In this document: positions 18,970 to 28,903 of the stretch, piece by piece | Layout: every line of letters starts with the position of its first letter | Numbering within the stretch: position 1 is the first letter of the stretch | Assembly: GCA_002375205.1 (NCBI GenBank) | Contig: DFLL01000040.1 | Span: forward strand, 1-58,383 | Origin: Bacillales bacterium UBA3620 | GTDB lineage: Bacteria; Bacillota_I; Bacilli_A; RF39; UBA660 | Length of the DNA stretch: 58,383 bases | Reading direction: 5' to 3' | The notes under the pieces: model-generated | Seen by the model: the letters and a program-made list of their open reading frames with translations, nothing else | What the model was told of the DNA's origin: nothing | Database searches by the model: none | Program-made: the position numbers and the translations under genes

Positions 18970-19323
18970 ATACTTACCTTTTAAAATATAGTAAATTATC
19001 TTGAGAAGGCATTCTACTATATTTTATCCTTTCTTTATTTTTTATATTTTTTTTAATAAAGTATCCTAATAGCGTGTACTTTTTCCTCCTCTAATTTAAT
19101 TTTACTATTTTTTTTTAAAAAAATCTATTGAAATATTAATTTTTTATTTTTTTTATGATTTCTTTTTATGTAAAAGTGTTTAAAACATATTTTGATATCT
19201 TTTTAAGCAATTGTTGTTAATTATTTGTTTACTTCTTTGGCTTTTTTTATTTGAAGTAAGTGATTATAACGACAAATAATATTTCTTTTTTTTGAATGTT
19301 ATACTTGTATTGGTGGATAAGGT

Positions 19324-19932
19324 ATGAAAAGGAAGTTTTTGAATTTTTCGATGAAGAAAATCAAAGAAAAATATCCTGAATACACTGAAGATAAATTGGA
19401 AGAAATAGAGTATGGAATTGAATCTTTATATATACTTTTTACTAAAACTATTGTAATTTTTTTTCTTTCATATTTACTTGGGGTTATTAAAGAAGTATTT
19501 ATAATTTTAATATTCTATAATATTCTTAGAATGACTTGCTTTGGTTTACATGCAAAAACAAGTTTTCAGTGCTATATTATTTCTGGAGTTCTTTTTATTG
19601 GAGCGGGTTTTTTGTGTAAATATATTAATATTAATTACTATTTAAAAATAATTATTTCGTTATTATGTTTAATTAATATTATAATTTTTGCTCCAGCGGA
19701 TACATATAAGAGGCCTCTTATTAATAATAAAAAAAGAAGGAAATATAAAATATTATCCATTATAATAAGTCTAATATATTTTACTCTAATAATTTTATTT
19801 CATAATTATGGTTGGAATAATTATCTTTTCTTTGGACTTATTGATATAACAGTGGTGATTCATCCATTTACATACTGGATGTTTCAATTACCATACAATA
19901 ATTATAAGACATATGTCGATAAATATTATTAG
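19324..19932 (+). CDS. agrB: AgrB-family autoinducer-processing membrane protease
   Basis: It has a polytopic membrane profile and the AgrB-like motif RMTCFGLHAKTSFQC. agrD follows immediately. Confidence 0.85.
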   Translation: MKRKFLNFSMKKIKEKYPEYTEDKLEEIEYGIESLYILFTKTIVIFFLSYLLGVIKEVFIILIFYNILRMTCFGLHAKTSFQCYIISGVLFIGAGFLCKYININYYLKIIISLLCLINIIIFAPADTYKRPLINNKKRRKYKILSIIISLIYFTLIILFHNYGWNNYLFFGLIDITVVIHPFTYWMFQLPYNNYKTYVDKYY

Positions 19933-19964
19933 TATGGAAAAAGAATAAAAAGGAGGTATAGAAG

Positions 19965-20081
19965 ATGTTTGCTGCATTATTATCTTGGATTGGTTCATTA
20001 TCAGCTTCTGCTGGTACAAAAGCTTGTGTAGCTTGGTTTTCAGATGAACCTAAAATGCCAAAAAGTCTACTTAATAAATAA
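19965..20081 (+). CDS. agrD: AgrD autoinducing-peptide precursor, 38 aa (not in the ORF track)
   Basis: AAAGGAGGT lies 7 nt upstream of the ATG. The peptide is MFAALLSWIGSLSASAGTKACVAWFSDEPKMPKSLLNK. It has an amphipathic leader, a single Cys, and a DEPxxPKSL tail like clostridial AgrD. Confidence 0.85.
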   Translation: MFAALLSWIGSLSASAGTKACVAWFSDEPKMPKSLLNK

Positions 20082-20085
20082 TCAG

Positions 20086-20112
20086 AAAAGATCAGGGTCT
20101 CTGATCTTTTTT
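20086..20112. terminator. bidirectional intrinsic terminator between agrD and agrC
   Basis: A 10-bp stem (AAAAGATCAG / CTGATCTTTT) with a 5-nt loop. The A-rich 5' arm and T-rich 3' arm supply a U-tract on either strand. Confidence 0.8.
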
Positions 20113-21424
20113 ATTCTTCACTATTTATTATTGAAATCTTCTGGATATATAATTCATCTGTTATTTTATTACTCGAAATAATTCTTTTATTTTCACTTAA
20201 TATTCTTTTTACAAGTAATAATCCATGTCCTCTATTTTTTCCTTTAGTACTATATCTTTCTTTTCCAATTTTATTTTCATCTATGGTCCCTTGATAAGTA
20301 TTCGAAACAATTATTTCAACATTATTTTTTATTAGATATATTTCAATACCTAATTTCTTTTCTTCTGATAAAGAGCTTGCTTCAATAGCATTATCTAAAT
20401 ATACGCCTATTACTCTAGCCAAATCTTTAAAATGCTTTGTATCAAGTCTCCCTATAATAGAATTTTCAATTTGTTTTGAAATATTTACTGATACATTTAT
20501 TCCTTTTCTTTCGGCTTCCGAAACTTTATAATAGAAAAAGCCTTTTAAACCGTTTGATGGCAAATATTTAAACTTGGAGTATTTACTCATTTTACTATTA
20601 ACCTTATCACCCATAATACTATCAATGTATTCTATTATTTCGTTTTCTGTTTCTTTATCTTTTATTTTACACCTAATTGTTGTTAATTCATTTCTTGTTT
20701 CATGAATTAAAGTTCTTTGTTCTTCAATATCATCTTCATAATTCTTCATTATATCTAGAAGTTCATCATATCTTTTTAGTATATTATCATTTTCTATTTT
20801 TTGTTTAAATAAATTGAAAAATATAGTTATTAGAGTAGTAATTACAATTATATAGATAATTATGTTATTACTGAATTCAAATGTACTTATTAAACTGTAA
20901 AAGAAAAAGCCGATAGAAGAAAGAGTTAGTATTCCTATTAGCAATATTTTCTTGCTTGACGATATATTTATATTGATTATTTTTTTTAGTGGTTTTTTTA
21001 TTATATATGTTATTATAATCATCAAAATGCTAACTGATAAATTACATATTATTCCACCAGCCAAGACATTATAATAATATTCTTTTTCTATACCAAGAAT
21101 ATATAATGCACCAAGTAGTGTTAACAAATCTGGAACAATAAGTATGACAAGATATATTATTGCTGAAATAAGTGAATTACCAAAATTTCTGTTAAATACT
21201 AATTTGTATGTGAGCATAAAATCCATACAAAACAATACAGTTTTCATTGTTCCATTAAATTTCAGAAAAACAACTGTATATAGACATATTATACCTAATG
21301 AAATGAGAAGATTCTTAACTATATTTCTTTTGTTTATTTTGTAGTCAAAAACAATTACACCAAATCCATAAACAGATATAAACATTGCCGCGTTACTTAA
21401 AAATACTTTAAAAATCTCCGACAC
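20111..21424 (-). CDS. agrC: AgrC-like membrane sensor histidine kinase (GHKL, LytTR-partner type)
   Basis: It has 6-7 N-terminal TM helices, an H-box region (IHETRNEL) and C-terminal ATPase motifs (NAIEAS, GHGLLLV). It overlaps the upstream LytTR regulator gene. Confidence 0.8.
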   Translation of the reverse strand: MSEIFKVFLSNAAMFISVYGFGVIVFDYKINKRNIVKNLLISLGIICLYTVVFLKFNGTMKTVLFCMDFMLTYKLVFNRNFGNSLISAIIYLVILIVPDLLTLLGALYILGIEKEYYYNVLAGGIICNLSVSILMIIITYIIKKPLKKIININISSSKKILLIGILTLSSIGFFFYSLISTFEFSNNIIIYIIVITTLITIFFNLFKQKIENDNILKRYDELLDIMKNYEDDIEEQRTLIHETRNELTTIRCKIKDKETENEIIEYIDSIMGDKVNSKMSKYSKFKYLPSNGLKGFFYYKVSEAERKGINVSVNISKQIENSIIGRLDTKHFKDLARVIGVYLDNAIEASSLSEEKKLGIEIYLIKNNVEIIVSNTYQGTIDENKIGKERYSTKGKNRGHGLLLVKRILSENKRIISSNKITDELYIQKISIINSEE

Positions 21425-22130
21425 GGTTTTTCAACTCCTTTCTAGCAGATGGAGTTAATAAATTAGTGCTATCACCATTTTTAAAATGTATCGTAAATTT
21501 TGAATACTCTATGTGTTTTATGTTATCAACATTTACTATACAGGCTTTGTGTGTTTGATAAAACATCGGGCCTAAATCTTCTTTAAGTTTTACAATTGAT
21601 TTTGTAATAAATTTTTCATTACCATTTGTTAGATGAATAATACATTTATTTTGCATTGGTGCTTTTTCAATATAGTTAATTTCCTTAAACATGATTTTAG
21701 AATAAACATGATTATAAGAAAAATTTAGTGTCTTATTTCTATACATTTTCTGAAGAATATAATTTATTGTTTCTTCAAGTCTTTCTTGGTATCTATTATA
21801 TTTTGATATAAAATCAATAGCATTTAATCTTGAATAAAATATATCATTTTTGCATTCTGAATGTGCTGTAACAAAAATAATTGGGCTATCACTATCATCT
21901 TCTCTAATTTCTGATGCAATTTCTAATCCACTTACTATTGGCAATTCTATATCCAGAATATATATTTTGTTAGTAAATTCATCTTTTATTAATTCCTTAA
22001 ATATACTATTGTATTCTGAAAACTTTTCTATTTTATATTCCATTTCATAATTCATCATAACTTTTGTTATCGTTCTGCACATTCGTTCTAATCCTTGCGC
22101 GTAATCTTCACATACAACAAATTTTAACAT
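21408..22130 (-). CDS. agrA: LytTR-family response regulator (AgrA-like)
   Basis: It has a receiver domain (ILDIELP...) and a C-terminal LytTR DNA-binding domain (FYQTHKACIVNVDNI). Confidence 0.85.
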   Translation of the reverse strand: MLKFVVCEDYAQGLERMCRTITKVMMNYEMEYKIEKFSEYNSIFKELIKDEFTNKIYILDIELPIVSGLEIASEIREDDSDSPIIFVTAHSECKNDIFYSRLNAIDFISKYNRYQERLEETINYILQKMYRNKTLNFSYNHVYSKIMFKEINYIEKAPMQNKCIIHLTNGNEKFITKSIVKLKEDLGPMFYQTHKACIVNVDNIKHIEYSKFTIHFKNGDSTNLLTPSARKELKNRVGDF

Positions 22131-22149
22131 ACTTCCTCCATTTTTATAT

Positions 22150-24129
22150 TTAATTAGACCCTTCCAGTTCTTTAATCAAATCATAATAAATAATATCATT
22201 TGATATCTCAATAAGTTCTGTGGAGTGATCAACTCTCAAATTGATGTATTCTTCTGTTATGGGATCATTATTTATTGTGTATATTTCACCTTTTGGTGCA
22301 TTATAATAAATTTTTGATGTGACAAATGATCCATCACTAAATGTTACTAAATTATCTCCATCTTTTATATTCATTATATCATTTCCTAATGCGTATTTAC
22401 TTTTTATTCCTATCATATTTCCAAGTGTAGGTAAAACATCAATCATGCCAGTTGGCGTATTTATTTTAATATTAAAATTTTTTTCTTTTGTCCATATTAT
22501 AAATGGAACCTTTCTATTCAATTCATATTCATATTCATTAAAATTTATATATCCTTCATCTAATTCTGTCTTTATTTTATCATTTATAGGATCATAATTA
22601 TATAGTAAATTATATTCGTTAATATCAAGTCTAGCATCATGATCACCATAAATAACTAGAATACTATTTTCTAGTAATCCGGATTCTTCTAATTTTTCTA
22701 CAAATTCTCCAATTGCAGCATCTGCATAATGTACAGACCGAATATAATTTCCAAGTCTAGTATTATTAATATAGTTTCTTGTAATTGTCTCGTTATTAAT
22801 TGTCACATTTGTAGTTGTAGGATATTCTTCTGTTAACTCTAAATCACTAAATGGTGTGTGATTACTTAACATGATTAATAAGCTATAAAATGGGCCATTA
22901 TTTTCTTCTTTCATTTTTTTCATTATATCAATAGATTGTCTAAAAAACGATTTGTCTGAAAGACCCAATCCTATTTTTTCATCTATTATATATGAATCTT
23001 CACTATAAAATCTGTCATAACCAAGTGTTTTATGCATGATATTTCTATTCCAAAAATCCCCTTTATTTCCGTGCATACTATATGCGTAATAGCCTTTTTC
23101 TTTTAAAAGTTGTGGGATAGTAACATATTTTCTATCATAATAGTTTACAAAAACAGTTCCCCTATTTGATGGCAGAAGTGATGTATTAAAAGTAAACTCT
23201 GCATCGCTACTTGTTCCAACACCAACTTGTGAGTAAAAATTATTAAAGAAAATGCCTTCATTTGCTAATTTATTTAGGTTTGGGGTTACTTCTTTGTCAT
23301 TAAATTCTAAATTCATTGTAAAACTTTGTATGCTTTCTGCATGTATTACAATTATATTTTTTCCTTTAAATATGTCAGTAAATTCGTTATTTGTTTTTAA
23401 TGTTTTATTTTTTTCATAATATTCTTTCACTTTTCTATAGGCACTATCGTGACCAAATATTGAACTAATTCCAGGTGTTAGACTTTGTATTATGTCATCT
23501 ATTTGATATACATATGGGCCAAAATTTATAACAACTGATTCTCTATTCCACAATTTGTATAATCTTGAAAAGGCATTTGAAGGCATAATACATATTCCAA
23601 TTGATATTATAGATACAGATATTATGACTCCAATTTTTGATATTTTTTTTTCTTCCTTTTTTGTTCTATTATTTAGCTTTCGTTTATGAATATATATATA
23701 GAAAAATATTGGTTGCCAAAAATATATTATATCTATTGGTTTTAAGACATTTTCAAATACGGCATCACTAACATCTTTTACAAAAACTGTAGTTGCAAGA
23801 AGCGAAACGGAAGTAAAAGAACTATAATAGTGGTAATAAGCACTATTTGCAAAACATATCAATGTCATCAATGAAGTTAATATCATAAGATATTTTTTTC
23901 TTGATTTCTCCTTTTTTATTAAAAAAGTAAATAGAGCAAATATTAGAAGAACTCCAGCATCAACAAAAACCGCTGATAATCTTAATCCATTTTTTATAGT
24001 TATTAATCTAAGTAATATACCATTAATAGTGTTCGTAAGAACAAAAACGCTCAAATATAAATCTTTTTCTTTTAAAAATTTTAAAAAATTTTTTAGTTTG
24101 TTTTTTAATTTATTTTTCATAATTCTCAC
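22150..24129 (-). CDS. ltaS: lipoteichoic acid synthase family protein (LtaS, sulfatase domain)
   Basis: Five N-terminal TM helices are followed by an extracellular sulfatase domain (HAESIQSF, SSDAEFT, SNHTPF, YGDHD). Confidence 0.85.
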   Translation of the reverse strand: MRIMKNKLKNKLKNFLKFLKEKDLYLSVFVLTNTINGILLRLITIKNGLRLSAVFVDAGVLLIFALFTFLIKKEKSRKKYLMILTSLMTLICFANSAYYHYYSSFTSVSLLATTVFVKDVSDAVFENVLKPIDIIYFWQPIFFYIYIHKRKLNNRTKKEEKKISKIGVIISVSIISIGICIMPSNAFSRLYKLWNRESVVINFGPYVYQIDDIIQSLTPGISSIFGHDSAYRKVKEYYEKNKTLKTNNEFTDIFKGKNIIVIHAESIQSFTMNLEFNDKEVTPNLNKLANEGIFFNNFYSQVGVGTSSDAEFTFNTSLLPSNRGTVFVNYYDRKYVTIPQLLKEKGYYAYSMHGNKGDFWNRNIMHKTLGYDRFYSEDSYIIDEKIGLGLSDKSFFRQSIDIMKKMKEENNGPFYSLLIMLSNHTPFSDLELTEEYPTTTNVTINNETITRNYINNTRLGNYIRSVHYADAAIGEFVEKLEESGLLENSILVIYGDHDARLDINEYNLLYNYDPINDKIKTELDEGYINFNEYEYELNRKVPFIIWTKEKNFNIKINTPTGMIDVLPTLGNMIGIKSKYALGNDIMNIKDGDNLVTFSDGSFVTSKIYYNAPKGEIYTINNDPITEEYINLRVDHSTELIEISNDIIYYDLIKELEGSN

Positions 24130-24151
24130 TCATAGAAATTATATCATAAAA

Positions 24152-24177
24152 CAAAAAAAATGTGAATAAATCACATT
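24152..24177 (-). terminator. intrinsic terminator after rpmE
   Basis: The minus strand has an AATGTGA / TCACATT hairpin followed by a T-run of 8. Confidence 0.65.
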
Positions 24178-24385
24178 ATTTTTCATCTGTAAAGCCAAAT
24201 TTTTTATTAAATTTTTCTACTTGTCCCTTTTTAGAGCCTATATTTTGCTTTCCAGTATAAAATGGATGACAAGAAGAACAAACTTCAACTTGAATATTTT
24301 CTTTTGTAGACATTGTCTTGAATGTATTGCCACATGCACAAGTAACAGTTGCTTCTACATAATTTGGATGAATGTTTTTTTTCAT
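24176..24385 (-). CDS. rpmE: 50S ribosomal protein L31 (zinc-binding type A)
   Basis: The sequence MKKNIHPNY...CACGN...[12 protein letters not shown] is diagnostic. The ATG at 24385 follows GGAAGGAGAG. Confidence 0.93.
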   Translation of the reverse strand: MKKNIHPNYVEATVTCACGNTFKTMSTKENIQVEVCSSCHPFYTGKQNIGSKKGQVEKFNKKFGFTDEK

Positions 24386-24444
24386 TTTTCTCTCCTTCCG
24401 CCATGACAAAAAGTCATAGTAATAAAATTACGAAGTATATTATA

Positions 24445-25125
24445 TCAGGTATTTTTTATTTTTTCAATAATTATTTGTGAAATTTTTTCATAACCGCTAA
24501 AATTTGGAACAAATGATTCTTTACTATTAAAATATTTGGGATTGTTATTAAAGTAATCAGAAAGATTAATAAATTCATAATTGTATTTTTTACATAGTTC
24601 TTTTAATTTATAATTTGTGTAATTAAATATGTCATTATTTTTCTCAGTTATGTTGTAATATCCAAGTATAAATACATTTTGATGATGAAATGCATTAATG
24701 TATTCTAAAAGTTTGCTATAATTGTTTACCATATTATCTGAATATGTATATATGTTTTGGGTATTATTATTTAGTCTATAGTATAAATCATTCATTCCTA
24801 ATGATATTGTTATTATATCCGCCTTTTTAATTAGGTAATTGAGAGATTCATTATTTTTCCTTTCATTGTACTCAAGTATTTTTATTACATCAACAATTCT
24901 GTAATCACTGCTTGTGAAAGTATCATTATATTTTTTTAATAGATTATTATTTTTTAAGTAATCTCTAACGAAATCGTTATAACCATATGTCATTATTCCA
25001 ATACTGTCGACCCCTTTTGATAGCGAATCTCCTATCGTGAGATAGTATTTTTTTTTATCTGCTGTAACATTATATATATAATAGCATGATAAAAAAAGAA
25101 TTAATATCAATATTACCTTTTTCAT
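24445..25125 (-). CDS. SGNH/GDSL hydrolase family protein
   Basis: It has a signal anchor, the GDSLSKG block I motif and a later GMNDL block. Confidence 0.75.
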   Translation of the reverse strand: MKKVILILILFLSCYYIYNVTADKKKYYLTIGDSLSKGVDSIGIMTYGYNDFVRDYLKNNNLLKKYNDTFTSSDYRIVDVIKILEYNERKNNESLNYLIKKADIITISLGMNDLYYRLNNNTQNIYTYSDNMVNNYSKLLEYINAFHHQNVFILGYYNITEKNNDIFNYTNYKLKELCKKYNYEFINLSDYFNNNPKYFNSKESFVPNFSGYEKISQIIIEKIKNT

Positions 25126-25147
25126 ATTCCACCTACTTAAAGTATAT

Positions 25148-26398
25148 TTATATTAATTCTATTTTAGCACCTACTTTAGATAATTTTTCACAAATATTGT
25201 CATAGCCTCTTAGTATATATTTGATGTTGTCAATAGTGGTTGTTCCATCAGCGATTAATGCGCAGATAAGCATGGATGCTCCTCCTCTTAAGTCCGTTGC
25301 TGTTACATTTTTTCCTTGTAATGGTGTTGCGCCTTTTATTTTAGCTATCCTATTGTTTTTTACAATTATGTTAGCTCCCATTCTATTTGTATCGTATATA
25401 TTTTGAAATCTATTTTCATATATTGTTTCCTCAACTGTACTTATTCCCCGACACTGTGTTAAAAATGGTATAAATGGTTGTTGAAGATCGGTTGGAAATC
25501 CCGGATATGGTAATGTTTTTATATCAACTGCTTTATAGTTATCTGCAGCCGATATAGTTATATAATCATCTCCTATCGTCATATTAACACCAGCTTCTAT
25601 TAGTTTAGATGTTAATGCTTCTATATGGGAAGGAATTAACTTATTAATCGTTAAGTTTTCTCCTAAAAGAGAACCTATGATTACATATGTTCCAGCTTCT
25701 ATACGATCTGGTATTACTTCATGGAATGATTTATGTAAATAATCAACTCCCATAATTGTTATAACATTTGTTCCAGCACCTTTTATTTTTGCACCCATTG
25801 TGTTTAAAAATGTTGCTACATTGACAATTTCTGGTTCTTTAGCAGCATTTTCAATTATTGTCTTTCCTTTTGCCTTAACTGATGCGAGAATGGTATTTAT
25901 CGTTGCACCAACACTTGGCATATCAAGGTATATTTTAGAGCCTTTTAATTCTTTTGCATCAACAATATATCTATTATCTTCAATCGTAACTGTTGCTCCT
26001 AATGAACGATATGCTTTAAGTGTCTGGTCAATGGGTCTTTCTCCTATGGTACATCCTCCTGGAAAATACATCTCAACATGCTTAAATTTTCCTAATAAAG
26101 AAGCCATAAAATAATACGATGCTCTTAATTTTTGAGACATTTCTTCCGGTATTTCCTTATTTTCAATTTTAGATGAATCAATGGTAACAGTGTCATTTGT
26201 TCTTTCAATTTTTGTATTTAAATATACTAATATTTCTTCTAGTGAATCGATATCAGATATATTGGGAATATTACTGATTTTGACAATTTCATCGCAAAGA
26301 ATAGCTGCGGGAATTAACGCTACTGCGCTATTTTTGGCACCACTAATGCATATTTCACCACTCAATTTATGTTTTCCTTCAATTTTTATTTTTGCCAT
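25148..26398 (-). CDS. murA: UDP-N-acetylglucosamine 1-carboxyvinyltransferase
   Basis: MurA hallmarks are present: ISGAKNSAVALIPA, GCTIGERPID, and a C-terminal LRGGAS-containing region. Confidence 0.93.
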   Translation of the reverse strand: MAKIKIEGKHKLSGEICISGAKNSAVALIPAAILCDEIVKISNIPNISDIDSLEEILVYLNTKIERTNDTVTIDSSKIENKEIPEEMSQKLRASYYFMASLLGKFKHVEMYFPGGCTIGERPIDQTLKAYRSLGATVTIEDNRYIVDAKELKGSKIYLDMPSVGATINTILASVKAKGKTIIENAAKEPEIVNVATFLNTMGAKIKGAGTNVITIMGVDYLHKSFHEVIPDRIEAGTYVIIGSLLGENLTINKLIPSHIEALTSKLIEAGVNMTIGDDYITISAADNYKAVDIKTLPYPGFPTDLQQPFIPFLTQCRGISTVEETIYENRFQNIYDTNRMGANIIVKNNRIAKIKGATPLQGKNVTATDLRGGASMLICALIADGTTTIDNIKYILRGYDNICEKLSKVGAKIELI

Positions 26399-26496
26399 GG
26401 ACGACTCCTCTCGATACTTCTACTAATTTTATTTTAATCCTTAAAGAACTTTTAGTCAATTCATAATATCTTTTTTGACAGATTATTTGACACGAA

Positions 26497-27030
26497 TTAT
26501 CTAAAAAGATAATTTATAGCTAAAATTAGTAGTATTATGCCACCAGTTAAGGTAGATAATTTCCCATATTTAATATTAAGCTTATTTCCAATATTTAATC
26601 CAAGTAATGTGAAGAAAAAACTCATCACAGAAAAAATTACATTTGAAGCTAAGTAATTATTTGTTATTGCTGGAAGACTAATACCAGTAGTCATACTATC
26701 CAAACTTACCGTAAGGCCAAATAATAGATATCCGGGTATATTAAAAAAAATTTTTTTTTCGCTTTCTTTGAAATATTCTAGTACCATTTCCATAGCTATT
26801 ATAATGAATATTATTCCAACTACAATGTTTGTATTAAATGATATTTTTTTAAATAAATAGTCTCCTATTACTAGTCCAACGAAAGGCATAACAAAATGAA
26901 ATATGCCTACTATTAATGAAAGAATAAATTTATCTTGTTTTTTTATACCCTGAGTTCCGTATATTAAAGATAAAGAAAAAGCGTCCATTGATAGACTAAA
27001 CGCTATTATAATAATTGTTATTATATTCAA
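26497..27030 (-). CDS. MntP/YtaF-family (DUF204) membrane protein
   Basis: It has the duplicated SMDAF/SLD motif and six TM helices. Its position next to spoIIR makes the sporulation paralog YtaF plausible. Confidence 0.65.
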   Translation of the reverse strand: MNIITIIIIAFSLSMDAFSLSLIYGTQGIKKQDKFILSLIVGIFHFVMPFVGLVIGDYLFKKISFNTNIVVGIIFIIIAMEMVLEYFKESEKKIFFNIPGYLLFGLTVSLDSMTTGISLPAITNNYLASNVIFSVMSFFFTLLGLNIGNKLNIKYGKLSTLTGGIILLILAINYLFR

Positions 27031-27062
27031 GATATCACCTATATAAATATATGCTATTCGAT

Positions 27063-27587
27063 CTAAATTATTTTATTTATTTTTTCTATTATCCACGATC
27101 TGTATTCTATGCTATTTGTTTTTTTTAAATCAACTAAACACAAGTTAGGAAACAAAACGCACCACCAATTGTCTCCTTCCGCCTTTCCTATGCTTATTAC
27201 AATTGATTCATAATATCCTTCATTATATTTAATTCCTTTATATTCTTTTTTAGGAAAATAGTTATATCCATAATTTACTGTATATGGCATATCGTAGTTG
27301 CCTTCATCAAATATTTTCTCTATATTTTTTTTTATACTTGGAATGTTGTCTTTAATTATCTTTCTAGCATCATCGAGGCTTACTTCATCTTTTATTAAAG
27401 TATACGTATTATTTTCTAAGTATTCCTTTACTTTCAATTTCATGTTTTGATCAATTGCTGAATTACTATTTGGAATTATCCTTAGTCTTAATGCATTGTC
27501 TGGTATAATTATTGTATCTTCTTTTTGAATTTTGAACATTGATATTGAAATAATTATTGTCAATATGATAATTACTATTTTTTTCAT
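27063..27587 (-). CDS. spoIIR: stage II sporulation protein R
   Basis: SpoIIR signatures are present: LRLRIIPNSNSAIDQNMKLKV and WWCVLFPNLC. The ATG at 27587 follows AAGGAGTGA. Confidence 0.88.
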   Translation of the reverse strand: MKKIVIIILTIIISISMFKIQKEDTIIIPDNALRLRIIPNSNSAIDQNMKLKVKEYLENNTYTLIKDEVSLDDARKIIKDNIPSIKKNIEKIFDEGNYDMPYTVNYGYNYFPKKEYKGIKYNEGYYESIVISIGKAEGDNWWCVLFPNLCLVDLKKTNSIEYRSWIIEKINKII

Positions 27588-27640
27588 AAAAAATATCACT
27601 CCTTCTATTTCATTATGAGTGATATTTTATAATTTTATTC

Positions 27641-28780
27641 TTATTTTATAATATTAATTATTATTTGATAAATGCTATCTCCATCGTGTTCTTCAATAGA
27701 TGCCTGATAACCTGCTGCTTTCATATCTTCTAGTGTATCTTTAGCTAATCTAATAGCAGTTGCCATTTTAATTTTCGATAAATTATCTTGTTTGTCTTTA
27801 TTTTTTTCTTTGCTAGAATCCATATAATTATCTTCCTTTTTTTCTTTGCTAAAATTATTTATTACTGGTTCAACTAAATTTAATTCATTTTTATTTTCTA
27901 AATTGATTGAAGTTTCTGTCGGTATATTTTCTATATTATTATCTTCTTTTGTAGTTAAATTATTTAAATCTATAAAATCAACATTATTTGTTTGAGTATA
28001 AATATTTGGATTATTGTTTTCATTGTCTCTTGCCTCAGGTAATTTTACTTCTTCAATTGGAGTTTCTTTTGATTCTGAAACTATATTTTCTTTTATTTCT
28101 GGAATAGTGCTTTCTCTTATTTCTGAAATTTCCACTTTTGGATTTGGTTCTAAATCTTTATCTTGTTCAGCATTCATCCCAATTATACTTTTAATATAGT
28201 TATCTGTATCTCTAACATTCATTCTTTCTGTTATTATTTTATTTAATACTTCTTTTTGTTTCGTTTCATCTTTCACTTGTAATAAGCATCTTGCATGCCT
28301 TTCTGATATTAAATTATTCATAAGAGCAGCTTGCACTTCATTTGTTAGAGTTAGAAGGCGCATTTTATTAGCAATTGTTGACTGCCCTTTTCCCATTCTT
28401 TTCGAAAGTTCATCCTGAGTAAAACCTCCCATATCTAATATTTTTTTGTATGATTTGGCCTCTTCAATTGCAGATAAATCTTTTCTTTGAATATTTTCAA
28501 TTAATGCAAGTTCGGCACTTGTTTGATCGTCCATTTGTCCTATTACTGCAGGCACTTCTAATACTCCTGCTAGTTGAGCAGCTTTATAACGACGTTCTCC
28601 TGCTATTATTTCATATTTATTACCTAAATCTCTTAAAATAAGTGGTTGTATTATTCCATGCTCTTTTATTGAGGCAGCAAGTTCATTTAGAGCTTCTTCA
28701 TCAAATGTAAGCCTTGGTTGAAATCTATTTGGAATGATGTCAGATAAACGCACCATTACAATTTCTTTATTAATTCTCAT
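27641..28780 (-). CDS. noc: ParB-family nucleoid occlusion protein (Noc-like) with a long low-complexity insertion
   Basis: It has ParB N-terminal boxes (IIPNRFQPR, IAGERRYKAA), an HTH region, and the expected position downstream of rsmG. About 135 aa of E/N/K-rich sequence precede the last domain. Confidence 0.8.
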   Translation of the reverse strand: MRINKEIVMVRLSDIIPNRFQPRLTFDEEALNELAASIKEHGIIQPLILRDLGNKYEIIAGERRYKAAQLAGVLEVPAVIGQMDDQTSAELALIENIQRKDLSAIEEAKSYKKILDMGGFTQDELSKRMGKGQSTIANKMRLLTLTNEVQAALMNNLISERHARCLLQVKDETKQKEVLNKIITERMNVRDTDNYIKSIIGMNAEQDKDLEPNPKVEISEIRESTIPEIKENIVSESKETPIEEVKLPEARDNENNNPNIYTQTNNVDFIDLNNLTTKEDNNIENIPTETSINLENKNELNLVEPVINNFSKEKKEDNYMDSSKEKNKDKQDNLSKIKMATAIRLAKDTLEDMKAAGYQASIEEHDGDSIYQIIINIIK

Positions 28781-28903
28781 ACTTTATTCCCTCTTTTCAT
28801 TCTATAATCTACAATTCTCTAAATTAATAATACTATATTTTTTGTTTTTTTACAAGCGATTTAAATTAATTAAAAATAATATTGTTTATTTTTTTAAGAT
28901 ATC

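Noticed and set aside
19312-19320. A one-mismatch DnaA box (GGTGGATAA) upstream of agrB
   Set aside because: It coincides with the agrB ribosome-binding site (GGTGGA) and is isolated, so it is most likely coincidental.
26497-27062. A manganese (yybP-ykoY) riboswitch upstream of the MntP/YtaF-family gene
   Set aside because: Only 32 nt separate it from spoIIR, which leaves no room for the ~100-nt riboswitch.
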